Assembly (NCBI GenBank): GCA_964016885.1
Contig: OZ024740.1
Coordinates: 177,010,001 to 177,074,000 of the forward strand
Origin: Eledone cirrhosa
Lineage: Eukaryota
Direction: 5' to 3'
DNA length: 64,000 nt
Both the position numbers and the translations under genes were made by a program. Below the pieces are notes generated by a model, which saw only the letters and a program-made list of their open reading frames with translations, ran no database searches and was not told the DNA's origin. Below are positions 27,144 through 39,518 of this stretch, in pieces (the stretch's first letter is position 1; every line of letters starts with the position of its first letter).

Positions 27144-28890
27144 CTCCCTTCTGTATGTGTTGACTCTCGAGCCACTACTGCGGAAGTTGGAGTTGTTGCA
27201 GGGCATCCCCTTGGAACCGGGATTGCGGAAAGCGGTGTCGGCCTACGCCGATGACGTGACAGTAATGGTGTCGACGGCCTCCGAAATCGAGGCGGTCGGC
27301 ACCTTACTGGAGGAGTACGAAAGGTTCACAGGGGCTAAGCTGAACCGGGACAAGTCGATCGGTTTGCAACTCGGCACGTGGAGGGGCAGACCGATGCCCT
27401 CCGATAGCGTCGTCGGACGCTGGACGGAGGGCCCGGTGAAGTTGCTCGGGGTCTGGTTCGGACCGGACCTCCAGGTGGAGAAAAACTGGGCGGAGGTTAC
27501 GAACAGGGTGTTTGCACTGACCCAGAAGTGGGCCAGTTGCAAACTATCCCTGAAAGGTCGGGCGGAAGTGGCGAACACCTACATAGCGTCCGTCATCTAC
27601 TACCGCCTGACCGTAGTGCCCTGCCCAAGGGAAACCCTCACCAAGATGGAGCGCGCGCTCTTCCAATTCCTTTGGAAGAGGCGGGCTCCTATGGTGAGGA
27701 GATCCATCTGCTGTCAACACCCTTCGAAAGGAGGGCTGGGGATGCCGTGGCTAATGATGCGTAAACACGCATTAAGGCTACGGCACCTCTACGTATTCCT
27801 CACCGGACAACCGGTGTGGGCCTCGTTTGTGAGACGAACCTTTCCCAGACTCGTCTCACTCACCGAGCTGCAATCCTGGGTCAAGCAAAGACCGAGAAAA
27901 CTGGGCGCCTGGCACACTGAGTGTGCCCAGGCGCTCACCGCCCTCTGGCAGGCGGATCCGGTTATCAGTGGAGACTCCACCGCAACATTCTATAGAGGGC
28001 TGGTACGCAGCAGGTGCGACGACGCCCTCGGAGAAGCCCTAGACATGGAGGAGGACGAACTGGCCAGCCTGTTCGGTAGGACATTCAGCCCAGGACCTAT
28101 GGACAACTTCCAGAAGTCCCTGGCCTGGCAGTGCTACCGAGGGGCTCTACCCGTTCGAGAAAGGCTCTACAGACACGGGCGCCCGGGTAGGGACCCCGCC
28201 AAAAAGATCTGTCCCAGATGCGTGTGCGACGAGGAAACCGTTGCACACGCATTGGTACACTGCTCGGGCGTAGCCGATCTGTGGGGCTATGTCGAACAAC
28301 TGCTGTCAAGGGTGGGACCGATCCGGTTGACCACCGAGTCTATTGTAATGATCAAACCGCCTCCCCCCTTCAAAGATGAAGCAGAGGCGGTGTTTCTGTG
28401 CGTAATAGCCATGGCGAAAGAGGTTGTATGGTGGACGCGTCTGAAAGGACTGAGGTCAGGCACCTTTCTCTCTGGCCAACAACTGGTCCGTTTCTTCCGA
28501 TATCATTTCGGAAGAAGGATCAGGATGGAGAGAGAGGTGCTGCACCCCAGCCGTTTCTATGAAAGATGGGTGAAAGTGGCGAGAATGGCCCGTGTGAATG
28601 GGCCTTCACTCTACATCAGACTATAGGTGAGGAAGATGAAAGACCAAGGGAGCACCCCTTCTCTGTGCTCCTGAGGAGAAGGGTTGCACACTTTTTTCGG
28701 GGGTGTGTGCGACCCCCCAAGGCGCCTCCTCTCTATTGAGGATTTTGTTAAAAATTTTATTTTTTGTTATATCTTATTTTATTTTTATATTTTGTTATTG
28801 CCTCCTCCTTATTGAGGACGCCTTTTTGTGTAAACTCCCCCCTTTGTACTTGTCCCACTTTTGATGCCCTAGTGGCAAATAAAAGAAACA
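27142..28890 (+). mobile_element. Tx1/L1-type LINE, 5'-truncated, uninterrupted ORF2 C-terminal ~490 aa (copy 4)
   Basis: ORF 27157-28626 with YADD, GGLG and zf-RVT CPRC..HALVHC, no internal stops. (TATC)n on both sides. Confidence 0.93.
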
Positions 28891-28928
<38 letters not shown>

Positions 28929-28951
28929 CTTATCTATCTATCTATTTCTCT

Positions 28952-31131
28952 GGGCGTAGTCACGCTAGTGAGGCAGGACGAGAACAAGGGGGACGAAATA
29001 AGTAACTTCAGGCCCATAACTCTGCTAAATATAGAGTTACAGATTTTGGCCAAGGTGCTAGCTAAGAGGTTGGCGCTTGTCGTGAGCAACCTGGTGGAAG
29101 ATGCGCAGACATGTGCTATCCCGTCCAGGTCCATCCATGACAACCTCCACCTCATGCGATACATCATAGAGAGGGTTGGGAACGAACCCGGCTTTGGTGG
29201 GGCTCTGATCAACTTGGATCAATCTAAGGCGTTCGATAGGGTCGACCATGGTTACTTGGATGCGGTGCTAGCAGCGGCAGGCTTCGGACCCGTTTTCAGG
29301 GGCCGGATCACTGCTATTCACAGCAGCCGCATCTACTGTAGGGTCAAGGTGAACGGCTACCTCTCGGAACCGTTCAAAATCGCGCGGTCCATCCGACAAG
29401 GGTGCCCTCTCTCCTCCCTTCTGTATGTGTTAACTCTCGAGCCACTACTGCGGAAGTTGGAGTTGTTGCAGGGAATCCCTTTGGAACCGGGATTGCGGAA
29501 AGCGGTGTCGGCCTACGCCGATGACGTGACAGTAATGGTGTCGACGGCCTCCGAAATGGGAGCGGTCGGCACCTTACTGGAGGAGTACGAATGGTTCACA
29601 GGGGCTAAGCTGACCGGTTTGCAACTCGGCACGTGGAGGGGCAGATCGATGCCCTCCGATGGCGTCGTCGGACGCTGGACGGAGGGCCCGGTGAAGTTGC
29701 TCGGGGTCTGGTTCAGACCGCACCTCCAGATGGAGAAGAAATGGGCGGAGGTTACGAACAGGGTGTTTGCACTGACCCAGAAGTGGGCCAGTTGCAAACT
29801 ATCCCTGAAAGGTCGGGCGGAGGTGGCGAACACCTATATAGCGTCCGTCATCTACTACCGCCTGACCGTAGTGCCCTGCCCAAGGGAAACCCTCGCCAAG
29901 ATGGACCGCGCGCTCTTCCAATTCCTTTGGAAGAGGCGGGCTCCCTTGGTGAGGAGATCCATCTGCTGTCAACACCTTTCGAAAGGAGGGCTGGGGATGC
30001 CGTGGCTAATGATGCGTAAACACGCATTAAGGCTACGGCACCTCTACGTATTCCTCACCGGTCAACCGGTGTGGGCCTCGTTTGTGAGACGAACCTTTCC
30101 CAGACTCGTCTCACTCACCGAGCTGCAATCCTGGGTCAAGCAAAGACCGAGAAAACTGGGCGCCTGGCACACTGAGTGTGCCCAGGCGCTCACCGCCCTC
30201 TTGCAGGCGGATCCGGTTATCAGTGGAGACTCCACCGCAACATTCTATAGAGGGCTGGTACGCAGTAGGTGCGACGACGCCCTCGGAGAAGCCCTAGACA
30301 TGGAGGAGGACGAACTGGCCAGCCTGTTCGGTAGGACATTCAGCCCGGGACCTATGGACAACTTCCAGAAGTCCCTGGCCTGGCAGTGCTACCGAGGGGC
30401 TCTACCCGTTCGAGAAAAGCTCTATAGACACGGGCGCCCGGGTAGGGACCCCGCCAAAAAGATCTGTCCCAGATGCGTGTGCGACGAGGAAACCGTTGCA
30501 CACGCATTGGTACACTGCTCGGGCGTAGCCGATCTGTGGGGCTATGTCGAACAACTGCTGTCAAGGGTGGGACCGATCCGGTTGACCACCGAGTCTATTG
30601 TAATGATCAAGCCGCCTCCCCCCTTCAAAGATGAAGGAGAGGCGGTGTTTCTGTGCTTAATAGCCATGGTGATAGAAGTTGTATGGTGGACGCGTCTGAA
30701 AGGATTGAGGTCAAGCACCTTTCGCTTTGGCCAACAACTGGTCCGTTTCTTCCGATATCATTTCGGAAGAAGGATCAGGATGGAGAGAGAGGTGCTCCAC
30801 CCCAGTCATTTTTATGAAAGGTGGGTGAAAGTGGCGAGAATGGCCCGTGTGAATGGGCCTTCTCTTTACATAGCCTGTAGGTGGAAAAGAGGAAGGAACA
30901 AGGGAGCACCCCCTCTCTGTGCTCCTGAGGAGAAGGGTTGCACACTTTTTTCGGGGGTGTGTGCGACCCCCAAGGCGCCTCCTCTCTATTGAGGAATTTG
31001 TTATAATTTTATTTTTTGTTATATTTGATTTATTTTTATATATTGTTATTGCCTCCTCCCTATTGAGGACGCCCTGTTTTATAAACTCCCCCCTTAGTAC
31101 TTGTCCCACTTTTGATGCCCTGGTGGCAAAA
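28952..31131 (+). mobile_element. Tx1/L1-type LINE, 5'-truncated (copy 5)
   Basis: RT motifs NFRPITLLN, DQSKAFDRVDH, RQGCPLS and YADD through zf-RVT in one frame. (TATC)n on both sides. Confidence 0.93.
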
Positions 31132-31133
31132 TA

Positions 31134-31185
<52 letters not shown>

Positions 31186-31186
31186 C

Positions 31187-32177
31187 ACTGGGCGCCTGGC
31201 ACACCGAGTGTGCCCAGGCACTCACGGCTCTCTGGCAGGCGGACCCGGCTGTCAGTGGAGAATCCACCTCGTCATTCTATAGAGGGCTGGTGGTTTGCAG
31301 GTGCGACGACGCCCTCGGAGAAGCCCTAGGCATGGAGGAAGACGAACTGGCCAACCTGTTCGGTAGGACATTCAGCCCGGGACCCATGGATAACTTCCAG
31401 AGGTCCCTGGCCTGGCAATGCTACAGAAGGGCTCTGCCCGTTCGAGAAAAGCTCTACAGACACGGGCGCCCGGGTAGGGACCCATCGAAAAAGATCTGTC
31501 CCAGATGCGTGTGCGACGAGGAAACCGTTGCACACGCATTGGTACACTGCTCGGGCATTGCCGATCTGTGGGGTTATGTCGAACAACTGCTGTCAAGGGT
31601 GGGACCAATCCGGTTGACCACCGAGTCTATTGTAACGATCAAGCCGACTCCCCTCTTCAAAAACGAAGGAGAGGCGGTGTTTCTGTGCGTAATAGCCATG
31701 GCCAAAGAGGTTGTATGGTGGACGCGTCTGAAAGGACTGAGGTCAGACACCTTTCTCTCTGGCCAACAACTGGTCCGTTTCTTCCGATATCATTTCGGAA
31801 GAAGGATCAGGATGGAGAGAGAGGTGCTGCACCCCAGCCGTTTCTATGAAAGATGGGTGAAAGTGGCGAGAATGGCCCGTGTGAATGGGCCTTCACTCTA
31901 CATCAGACTATAGGTGAGGAAGATGAAAGACCAAGGGAGCACCCCTTCTCTGTGCTCCTGGGGAGAAGGGTTGCACACTTTTTTCGAGGGTGTGTGCGAC
32001 CCCCCAAGGCGCCTCCTCTCTATTGAGGACTTTGTTATAAATTTTATTTTTTGTTATATTTTATTTTATTTTTATATATTGTTATTGCCTCCTCCTTATT
32101 GAGGACGCCTTGTTTTGTAAACTCCCCCCATTGTACTTGTCCCACTGTTGATGCCTTGGTGGCAAATAAAAGAAACA
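31187..32177 (+). mobile_element. Tx1/L1-type LINE 3' fragment (copy 6)
   Basis: zf-RVT region and 3' UTR like copy 4, ending AATAAAAGAAACA then TATCTATC. Confidence 0.9.
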
Positions 32178-33399
32178 TATCTATCTATCCATCCCATCTA
32201 TCTACATGTCTGTTTGTCCGTCTGTCTGGAATCATGGTAAGGGTAATCGTGCTTAGGGAATACTCAGCCACTTACTCATTAAGTTAACGAGTAAGTTGTT
32301 CATTGGGTCAGACAACTGGAATCTTATTATCGAAAGACAGGGATTCCGTCAGATATATAGTGCCTCTCTCGGTACCGAAGATGAATGTTGATCGAACAAC
32401 AAAATAGCCTGCTCTGCAAATTTGTGTGCAAGTGACTGAGCATTCCACCGACAGCTACACCCATCAGGGAGATTTAATCTGACATTGTGTGCTCATTAAG
32501 TATATGTTAGAAAAAACGAACAGAACTGCTTACCTTACATTAATTGAACCAGTGGGTGGTTTTGTTCACATTTTTATCTTATGTATGTGTACACACACAC
32601 ACACACACATACACACACACACACACACTCACACACACATATATATATATATATATAAACATATATATATACATATATATATTTGTGTGTATACACTTAC
32701 ATACACATTTACAGAGGCATACACACGTGCACCAACACATGAACATACATATATGTTAGTATGAGATTCTGTGTGTTTCTGTGTGGTGTGTCTGTGTATG
32801 TCTTTAGGTGTGTGCTGCGTGTTGATGTGTTTATGGCTCTGTATATGCGCACATAACGGATTTTAAATAAATCAGCAATATATATTCAAATGTGCTGTTG
32901 ATGTTGAAAATGAAATTTATGACGAGGCAATTTATGTAGCTCAAATTACCTTTACATCCGGCTGTGTTTGTGAGAAAATGCAAAGACGACTCTAGGAATC
33001 AGAACACAGAAGCAGTATAATACACGAATCTAGTTAGAATTTCCTGTTAATGGCAAAGATCTGTGTTAAAAAGATCTCAATATGATAATTTTACTTCGAT
33101 TTTATCATTACTTCTGAGGGCTTTGCAATGTAAGGTTAAGCACGATATTTATGATTTGCACGTTTTCGTGTTTATTTGCTCATCAGTTTAGTTTCTCTTT
33201 CAAAGTATCGCAGAAAAATGGCTGGTTTATTTCCATCGGAATTTAATTCTCTTTACTTTTGAATTGGAATGTCTATCATACATGTATAACCAATGGTTAG
33301 ATGATGAGATTAAAATAAGGCTGAGATGTGTCTGAAGTTGTCTGCAGTATGTCAACGAATAGTAAGATATCAAAAATGCAGATGGGTAAATCTCCGGGT

Positions 33400-34352
33400 A
33401 ACAGAATCTGGTGAAGAGAGAGATGTAAGAGGAAATGTAGATTGAGATGTATAGTGTGTAGAGCTACGGGGGAAAGAGCGTAAAAATAAAAATAATAACA
33501 CGAGATAGAGTTACCTTGGGAGAGATTTAATTGTCCCTATATTTCGGATTTCGCATCCATCAACTGGGGGGTTTTCCGAGGGGGAAAGTGATCTGTCGGA
33601 GAGGAACGGTACGTGGCCCCTGTTGTCCGCCGTTTGTGTGTAACTGAGATATTCTGTAGAGCGTGCGTGCGCGCTGAATAGGTGCGGTCAAGCAAAGATC
33701 GAATCAGTTCCTCTTTATTGTGGGAGTGGGATGGTGCTAGTTGTCAATCCATTATACTACCTTTATTCAGTGTTTGTTACTGGCAGTGTTGGTAGTCTGC
33801 CTGGTCGCCTGTTATTTATTTGTGGTCCTAGGCGTTTGATCGAAAGTGCTTCCTTGATTCGTAACGTGCCAACTTTGTGTTGTCGCTAGCACTGTGACAA
33901 TGGGCCTTCCGTCTTTGTTTCCGCATTTGGTTATGTGTTTCCGGAAAGACGAGGCCCTGGTGTTGATGTGCTCCTTGATCCGGATATGTAGAGGCCGGAT
34001 TGTGCTACCGATAAAGTAGTGGTTGCACTTATCACATTCTACCCTGTATATAACGTATGTGCGTAAGCAATAGTTCGTTTGGCGCATCGGACAGTTTCTG
34101 AGGGGATCATGCGTCAGTCGATTTCCCGGGTTTCCTGGAGAGGCATCTCTGTAGGGAGGGGCCCGACTGGGCCAGGTGGATGTCGAGGCCCTCTCTCCGT
34201 ATAGCCCTGCGGATAGCGTTGGTGGTTTTCTCGCCCAGGTGCGGGTTTTTGAGGAAACACTTGCCTTGGGTGTTTCTCTGCCTCTTGCATCTGGTGTCTC
34301 TTACTCTGTTTGTAAACGAGGCTGGGTATCCGTTCGTCTCCAGCACCCTGGA
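33400..34352 (-). mobile_element. 5'-truncated Penelope-like element (GIY-YIG C-terminus), different clade from the 17-kb and 40-kb elements
   Basis: LETNGYP..., VIYRVECDKCNHYFIGSTIRPLHIRIKEH..SSFRKH (GIY-YIG with CCHH). Degenerate HHR CCC-CAGTTGA-T-GGAT GCGAA ATCC-GAAA-TATA-GGG at 33535-33569. The 5' end abuts (TA)n; the 3' boundary is approximate. Confidence 0.8.
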
Positions 34353-34453
<101 letters not shown>

Positions 34454-35380
34454 CAAGAAAATTGTGTCCGTAGGCGGTATGCCGGGTGAGCACTCGATGC
34501 TCGCGCTGAGAAGAGTATAATACTATTAGAATAAAGGAACAAAGAGTCAGTGTTGCATCATAATATATGTAATAACATATTACATATGTTTCGCTGTCGA
34601 TCAGCTCGATGAACGATCTATTATTGATCGCACCTGACTCCGGAATCGAAAGATCCTCAGATATGCCTCGGTATGTAAGTTCGTCTCCGAGAATCCAGAA
34701 CGAGGTTCTATCAATAATAGATTGTTCCTCGATCTGACCGACAGTGAAAGGTACATAATATGTTATGATGCAACACTGACACTTTGGTCCTTTATTCTCA
34801 TAGTTTATATATATATAACCTAATAATGGGCTGCTTTTCATCTCTCGCTTCCTATTTATTTCTAGTGGGTTTTTCATTACGTTCTAATGTATTGAAGATT
34901 ACACTAACGTATATTGTATCGTTTACTATGATAACAATGACTGTTTCTGAAATAAATAAAAAATTTGGAGTGATGTTTAATCGATTGATTGAAGGTACTT
35001 TATTTTATCGACCTCGGTATTAATTAGATATTTTGTCCGGTTCTTTGTCCTTGTGATAAGCATGATGATAATAACATTTTCTAATTAAAGCACTAGGCCA
35101 GACATTTTCAGGGAAGGGGTCACCAGTACATGATTGATACTTTATTTTATGGGGCCCTGATGAAGCGGGATTTGAACTGAGACAATGGACTTAAGAATAA
35201 TATCATGACAATACTTTATATAATAGGGATGGCTATCGTCGATTAAAACGACCTTTCTCTTCGGAAAGTAATCAGTCCTGTCAACTCTCCCCGTCCGACG
35301 GGGAGATCTCCTACCCACTTTGGGGTGGGTGTGAGATGTCTTCTCTTGTGAAAATGGGTATAGCTTTCATTATATAAAAT

Positions 35381-35570
35381 ATTTGGTGGATTGGCAGTAT
35401 CGGTAGAGGGTCGGACGCCATGCTTTGAAGCATAGAGTTACGTCCCTTTACGATCTGATTGCAAATCCCACCGAGGTTGACTTTGCCTTTCATCCTTACG
35501 GGGTCGATGAAATAAAGTACCAGTAATGCACTGGGTAATTGCTGGCCTTGTGCCTAAAGTAGAAACAATT
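35381..35570 (+). mobile_element. tRNA-derived SINE with 12-bp target-site duplication, nested in a MITE
   Basis: TSD ATTATATAAAAT at 35369-35380 and 35568-35579. The flanks reassemble into the element seen uninterrupted at 53477-53671. Confidence 0.85.
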
Positions 35571-36665
35571 ATATAAAATCTTACAATTTTGCCTCGTTTC
35601 TCCCCATTTTAGGCCACCTTTTTTCATGGTACCTCCAGCGATATAAAGGAACTTAACAACTACCTATCACAAGTCTTTGTGTTCGACTCGACATCTAATG
35701 ATTATATTAATCCATAACAATTTCTAACACAGGCACAAGACCACACACTTGATTATATCTATTCCTGTTCTTGGCGGAAGGATGAAGAGCAATTTTGATC
35801 TGGGCGAGATTTGAACTTAGAACGTAAAGACTCGGCACAAATCCTGGTTGTCCGCTCCTCTTAATATTTGACTAGTGCTTTATTTTACTGTACCATTAAC
35901 AATGAAAAGCAAAGGTAACATCGCCGGGATTTGAACTGAGAGCCCCGACGGTAATAATGATAATAACTCTTTCTTTTTTATTGTCTCGAGTCTCAATTCA
36001 TTCATAGCCAAAAAAAAAAAAAAAAAAAAAGAAAGAAAGAAAAGAAAAGAAAGAAAAAGTTAAAATTTAAAATGCAAATAAATGTTTTTTGCAATACTGA
36101 TAAAATGAGAGTAGCAGTACTTCGGAAGTGCTATAAGTGTTTTTATCTTTATATACCTGTTTGAAGGATAAACTTTATACTAATCCATGCATAATCCTTG
36201 TATACTAGCTGGACGATAATAGAGGAATTTAATGTCAAGCGACATCTGCTCAGCTAATTAATAAAGACCAATGCATATATATTTATGAACATGATACTTT
36301 TATTTATTTTATTTTTTAATCCCCTCCCCCTCTCTCTCTCTCTCTCAGACACTCTCTTTGTGTCTTCTATCTGTCTCTGTTTCACTCCACTACCCTATAT
36401 CTCTCCTTCTCGCCCTCTCTCCCCCTCCCCCTCTCTCTCTTTGCTGTCTTTTATGCAGTCACTCTTCTGTTGCTTTCTAAAACCACAAAGCTTTGTCATC
36501 AACAACGACTATATAATGTGCATGCTTTCATTTTGCCTGGAATAAAAGTCTATATTTATTTTTATCTATTTATTTTCCTCTTCTTTTCTTTATGTATTAT
36601 GTATTTAGGTGTTTAAAATATGTTATTGTTTTACCTTGTTCGGATATCACTGTTACGGACCAAAT

Positions 36666-36702
<37 letters not shown>

Positions 36703-36707
36703 GTAAT

Positions 36708-36895
36708 AATTGTTTCTACTTTAGGCACCAGGCCAGCAATTACCCAGTGCATTACTGGTACTTTATTTTATCGACCCTGTAAGGATGAAAGGCAAAGTTA
36801 ACCTCGGCGGGATTTAAACTCAATCCGTAAAGGGACGTAACTATGCTGCAAAGCATAACGTCCGACCCTCTACCGATACTGCCAATCCACCGCCC
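36708..36895 (-). mobile_element. tRNA-derived SINE
   Basis: Reverse complement of the family consensus with an (ATT)n tail. Confidence 0.85.
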
Positions 36896-36947
36896 TATAT
36901 ATATAGTAATAATAATAATAATATATATATATATATATAGTAATAAT

Positions 36948-37342
36948 GATTTCATTTATTGGTCACAAGGGCCGACATATAGGGGACAATACAAAAGACA
37001 GGGACAGTGGGGGTTTACATTTACAACGTATAAAGAATATAAATAACAATAACAAAATTACAATAAATATACAAAGAAAATTCCTCAATAGGGGGGATGA
37101 TCACCCAGGGTTTACTCAGGTACCCCACCAATCCCGTACCACCCGACGCTTCGAGAGCACCCGGGAAGGGCATCTTCTCCTCCTCAAATTCACCTACCTG
37201 CAGGCGATTGATCAGAGTAGGCCCACTCACACGGGCCATTCTCCTCACATTCTCCAACCTTTCAGCAAATGTACTGGGGGGTGGGGGTACTTCTCTCTCC
37301 ACCCTGACCTTCCTTTCCAAGTGAAACTTGAAAAAGTTGATA
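36948..37342 (-). mobile_element. Tx1/L1-type LINE 3' fragment, diverged subfamily, in (ATT)n
   Basis: INFFKFHLERKVRVEREV...RMARVSGPTL is homologous to the C-terminus of the 24-32 kb elements. Ends AATAAATGAAATC then ATTATT; (ATT)n on both sides. Confidence 0.8.
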
Positions 37343-37360
37343 ATAATAACAATAATAATA

Positions 37361-37533
37361 ATTGTTTCTATTTTTGGCACAAGGCCAGCAATTACCCAGT
37401 ACATTACTAGTACTTTATTTTATTGACCCCATAAGGACCAAAGGCAAAGTTAACCTCGGCGGGATTTGAACTCAGATCATAAAGGGAAGTAACTCAATGC
37501 GTCAAAGCATGGCGTCCGACCCTCTACCGATAC

Positions 37534-37538
<5 letters not shown>
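37361..37538 (-). mobile_element. tRNA-derived SINE
   Basis: Reverse complement of the family consensus; its (ATT)n tail adjoins the Tx1 fragment. Confidence 0.85.
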
Positions 37539-37580
<42 letters not shown>

Positions 37581-37639
37581 TATATATATATTATGAAAAT
37601 AAACCAAAGAAGCCTTCAATACATCAAAAGTCTTTATTA

Positions 37640-37677
37640 GCCAACAATGTTTCGTCCTATTAAGGACTCATCAGGGC
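37640..37677 (-). ncRNA. Minimal type I hammerhead ribozyme, intact
   Basis: GCC-CTGATGA-GTCC TTAATA GGAC-GAAA-CATTG-TT-GGC, followed at once by AATAAA and ~50 nt later by (TA)n. Confidence 0.85.
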
Positions 37678-38096
37678 AATTAAAGCTATAAGAAGCACTA
37701 TCGGCCAATACAAGCCAAAAACTCAGAAGAATATGGAGTGTACATACATTAAAGCATAGGAAGATTATCGGGTAAAAGTTATCAAGTAAAAATTGTTAAG
37801 GAAGTGAATAACATTTTGAACCATATTACAAATATAGTCAAATGCAAAAACTAAAGCTAAACAAAGGTGGTGATATAGAGCGGGAATTATTGTACTATAT
37901 ATAATATAATATAATATAATATAAAATAATATAATTGATAATGACAATAATAATAATAATATTAAAAGGCCCAATATACATATATATATATATATACATA
38001 TGTACACATATATACATATATATCAATACACATTTCCATCAATACAAGCACAAAATAACCCTTATTAAGAGTTTAAATATAAATAAGAATAATCAT

Positions 38097-38240
38097 AAAA
38101 ATAAAAATAAAAATAAAAATAAAAATAAAAATAAAAATAAAAATAAAAATAAAAATAAAAATAAAAATAAAAATAAAAATAAAAATAAAAATAAAAATAA
38201 AAATAAAAATAAAAATAAAAATAAAAATGAAAATAAAAAT
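38097..38240. repeat. (AAAAAT)n hexanucleotide microsatellite
   Basis: More than 20 near-perfect units. Confidence 0.95.
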
Positions 38241-39518
38241 ATTATACATATATTATTTACAGTATATAATGAAGAAGAAATGATTAAAAGTAAACATATA
38301 ATATATAATAATAAACTATATAATTATATAATAGATAATCTACGGTTAATTTGCACAAACAATATAAATGTTACAATAACACTATAATGACAATATTATA
38401 ATATAATGGCATATAACTTAACAAATCATATAGAGTTACAGACCGGGTGAGAAAAAATATTGTACAGAACTAAATTATGTTGGAAAAATTATGTTGGAAA
38501 AATATCAAAACCATTGCAAGAAAACAGATGGAGGTCACATTTCTCTACAGTTGGTGTAAATAAATATTATCCAAACATTACAAAAATTATAAAAATATAA
38601 ACATATTACAGAATTTACAAAATTTAACATAACATAATGGTACATTTAATAATCGGTAAATAATAAAGGTCAGTAGTACGTTTACAAAGATTGGAATGAT
38701 ATAAAAATTTCAGTATAAAATATTGAACATTGTATAATATACATAATTACATGGTTGGTGGACAGACATTTGTGAATAAGTGAATAAGAACCAGACAGAA
38801 AACTACGCACGGTAGTATAAATATATAAATAAAATCAAACGGAAATCGAAAAACAAAAACAAAAGTATTTACTTAGGTGTCACATGCAGTTAAGTAAACA
38901 ATTTAGGAAACAAACCCGGATAAATGACTAGAAAACCCTATTAAATTAATTAATATTGAAAGTATTTAAAATACATAATAAGTCAATACAAAATTAGCTA
39001 TGGTTTAAGTAATCAAAGACTCCAAAGTTTAAGATTTCACTATAAAAATATGTGGAAAAGAATGAAATATTCTACTATCAGTTGAATAACGTTATCTAAT
39101 AAACGGACTTAAGTAGAATTATGGTAGGCCAATGGGGAGAGAAAAAAAGAAATGTATGAAGGATACGAAGGAGCATAAAATCATAATCAATATACTGTAT
39201 TATACAATAGAAAGGAGCATAAAAGGGAATTGAATATAATTATAGTATATTTGAAGTGTGTGTGTGGGGGGGGGGGGTTAATTATCCAAAGAAGAATCCA
39301 AATAAAATAAAATAAAATAATATAAAATAAAATATATAATCAGATATAAACTCATAAGGTGTTAATAGTGAACATATAATATAGATATGGTATGGTAGCC
39401 AAAGGACTATGAAAACTAGAATGAAAAGCTGTTCAAAACCAATAATAATAATAATGATAATGATGGTGGTAAACAAAATAAAATGAACCTAAACTAAAAA
39501 GATAAGGGAATATAGCAG

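Noticed and set aside
28764-28951. Apparent N-terminal hydrophobic leader (MLYLILFLY...) on Tx1 ORFs, also at 23861
   Set aside because: It is read-through from the T-rich 3' UTR of the preceding copy and the (TATC)n spacer, not part of ORF2.
34600-34740. HHR-like CGATGA...GAAAGATCCTC within a short inverted duplication
   Set aside because: The core and stems are too degenerate to call. It is probably another decayed PLE fold-back.
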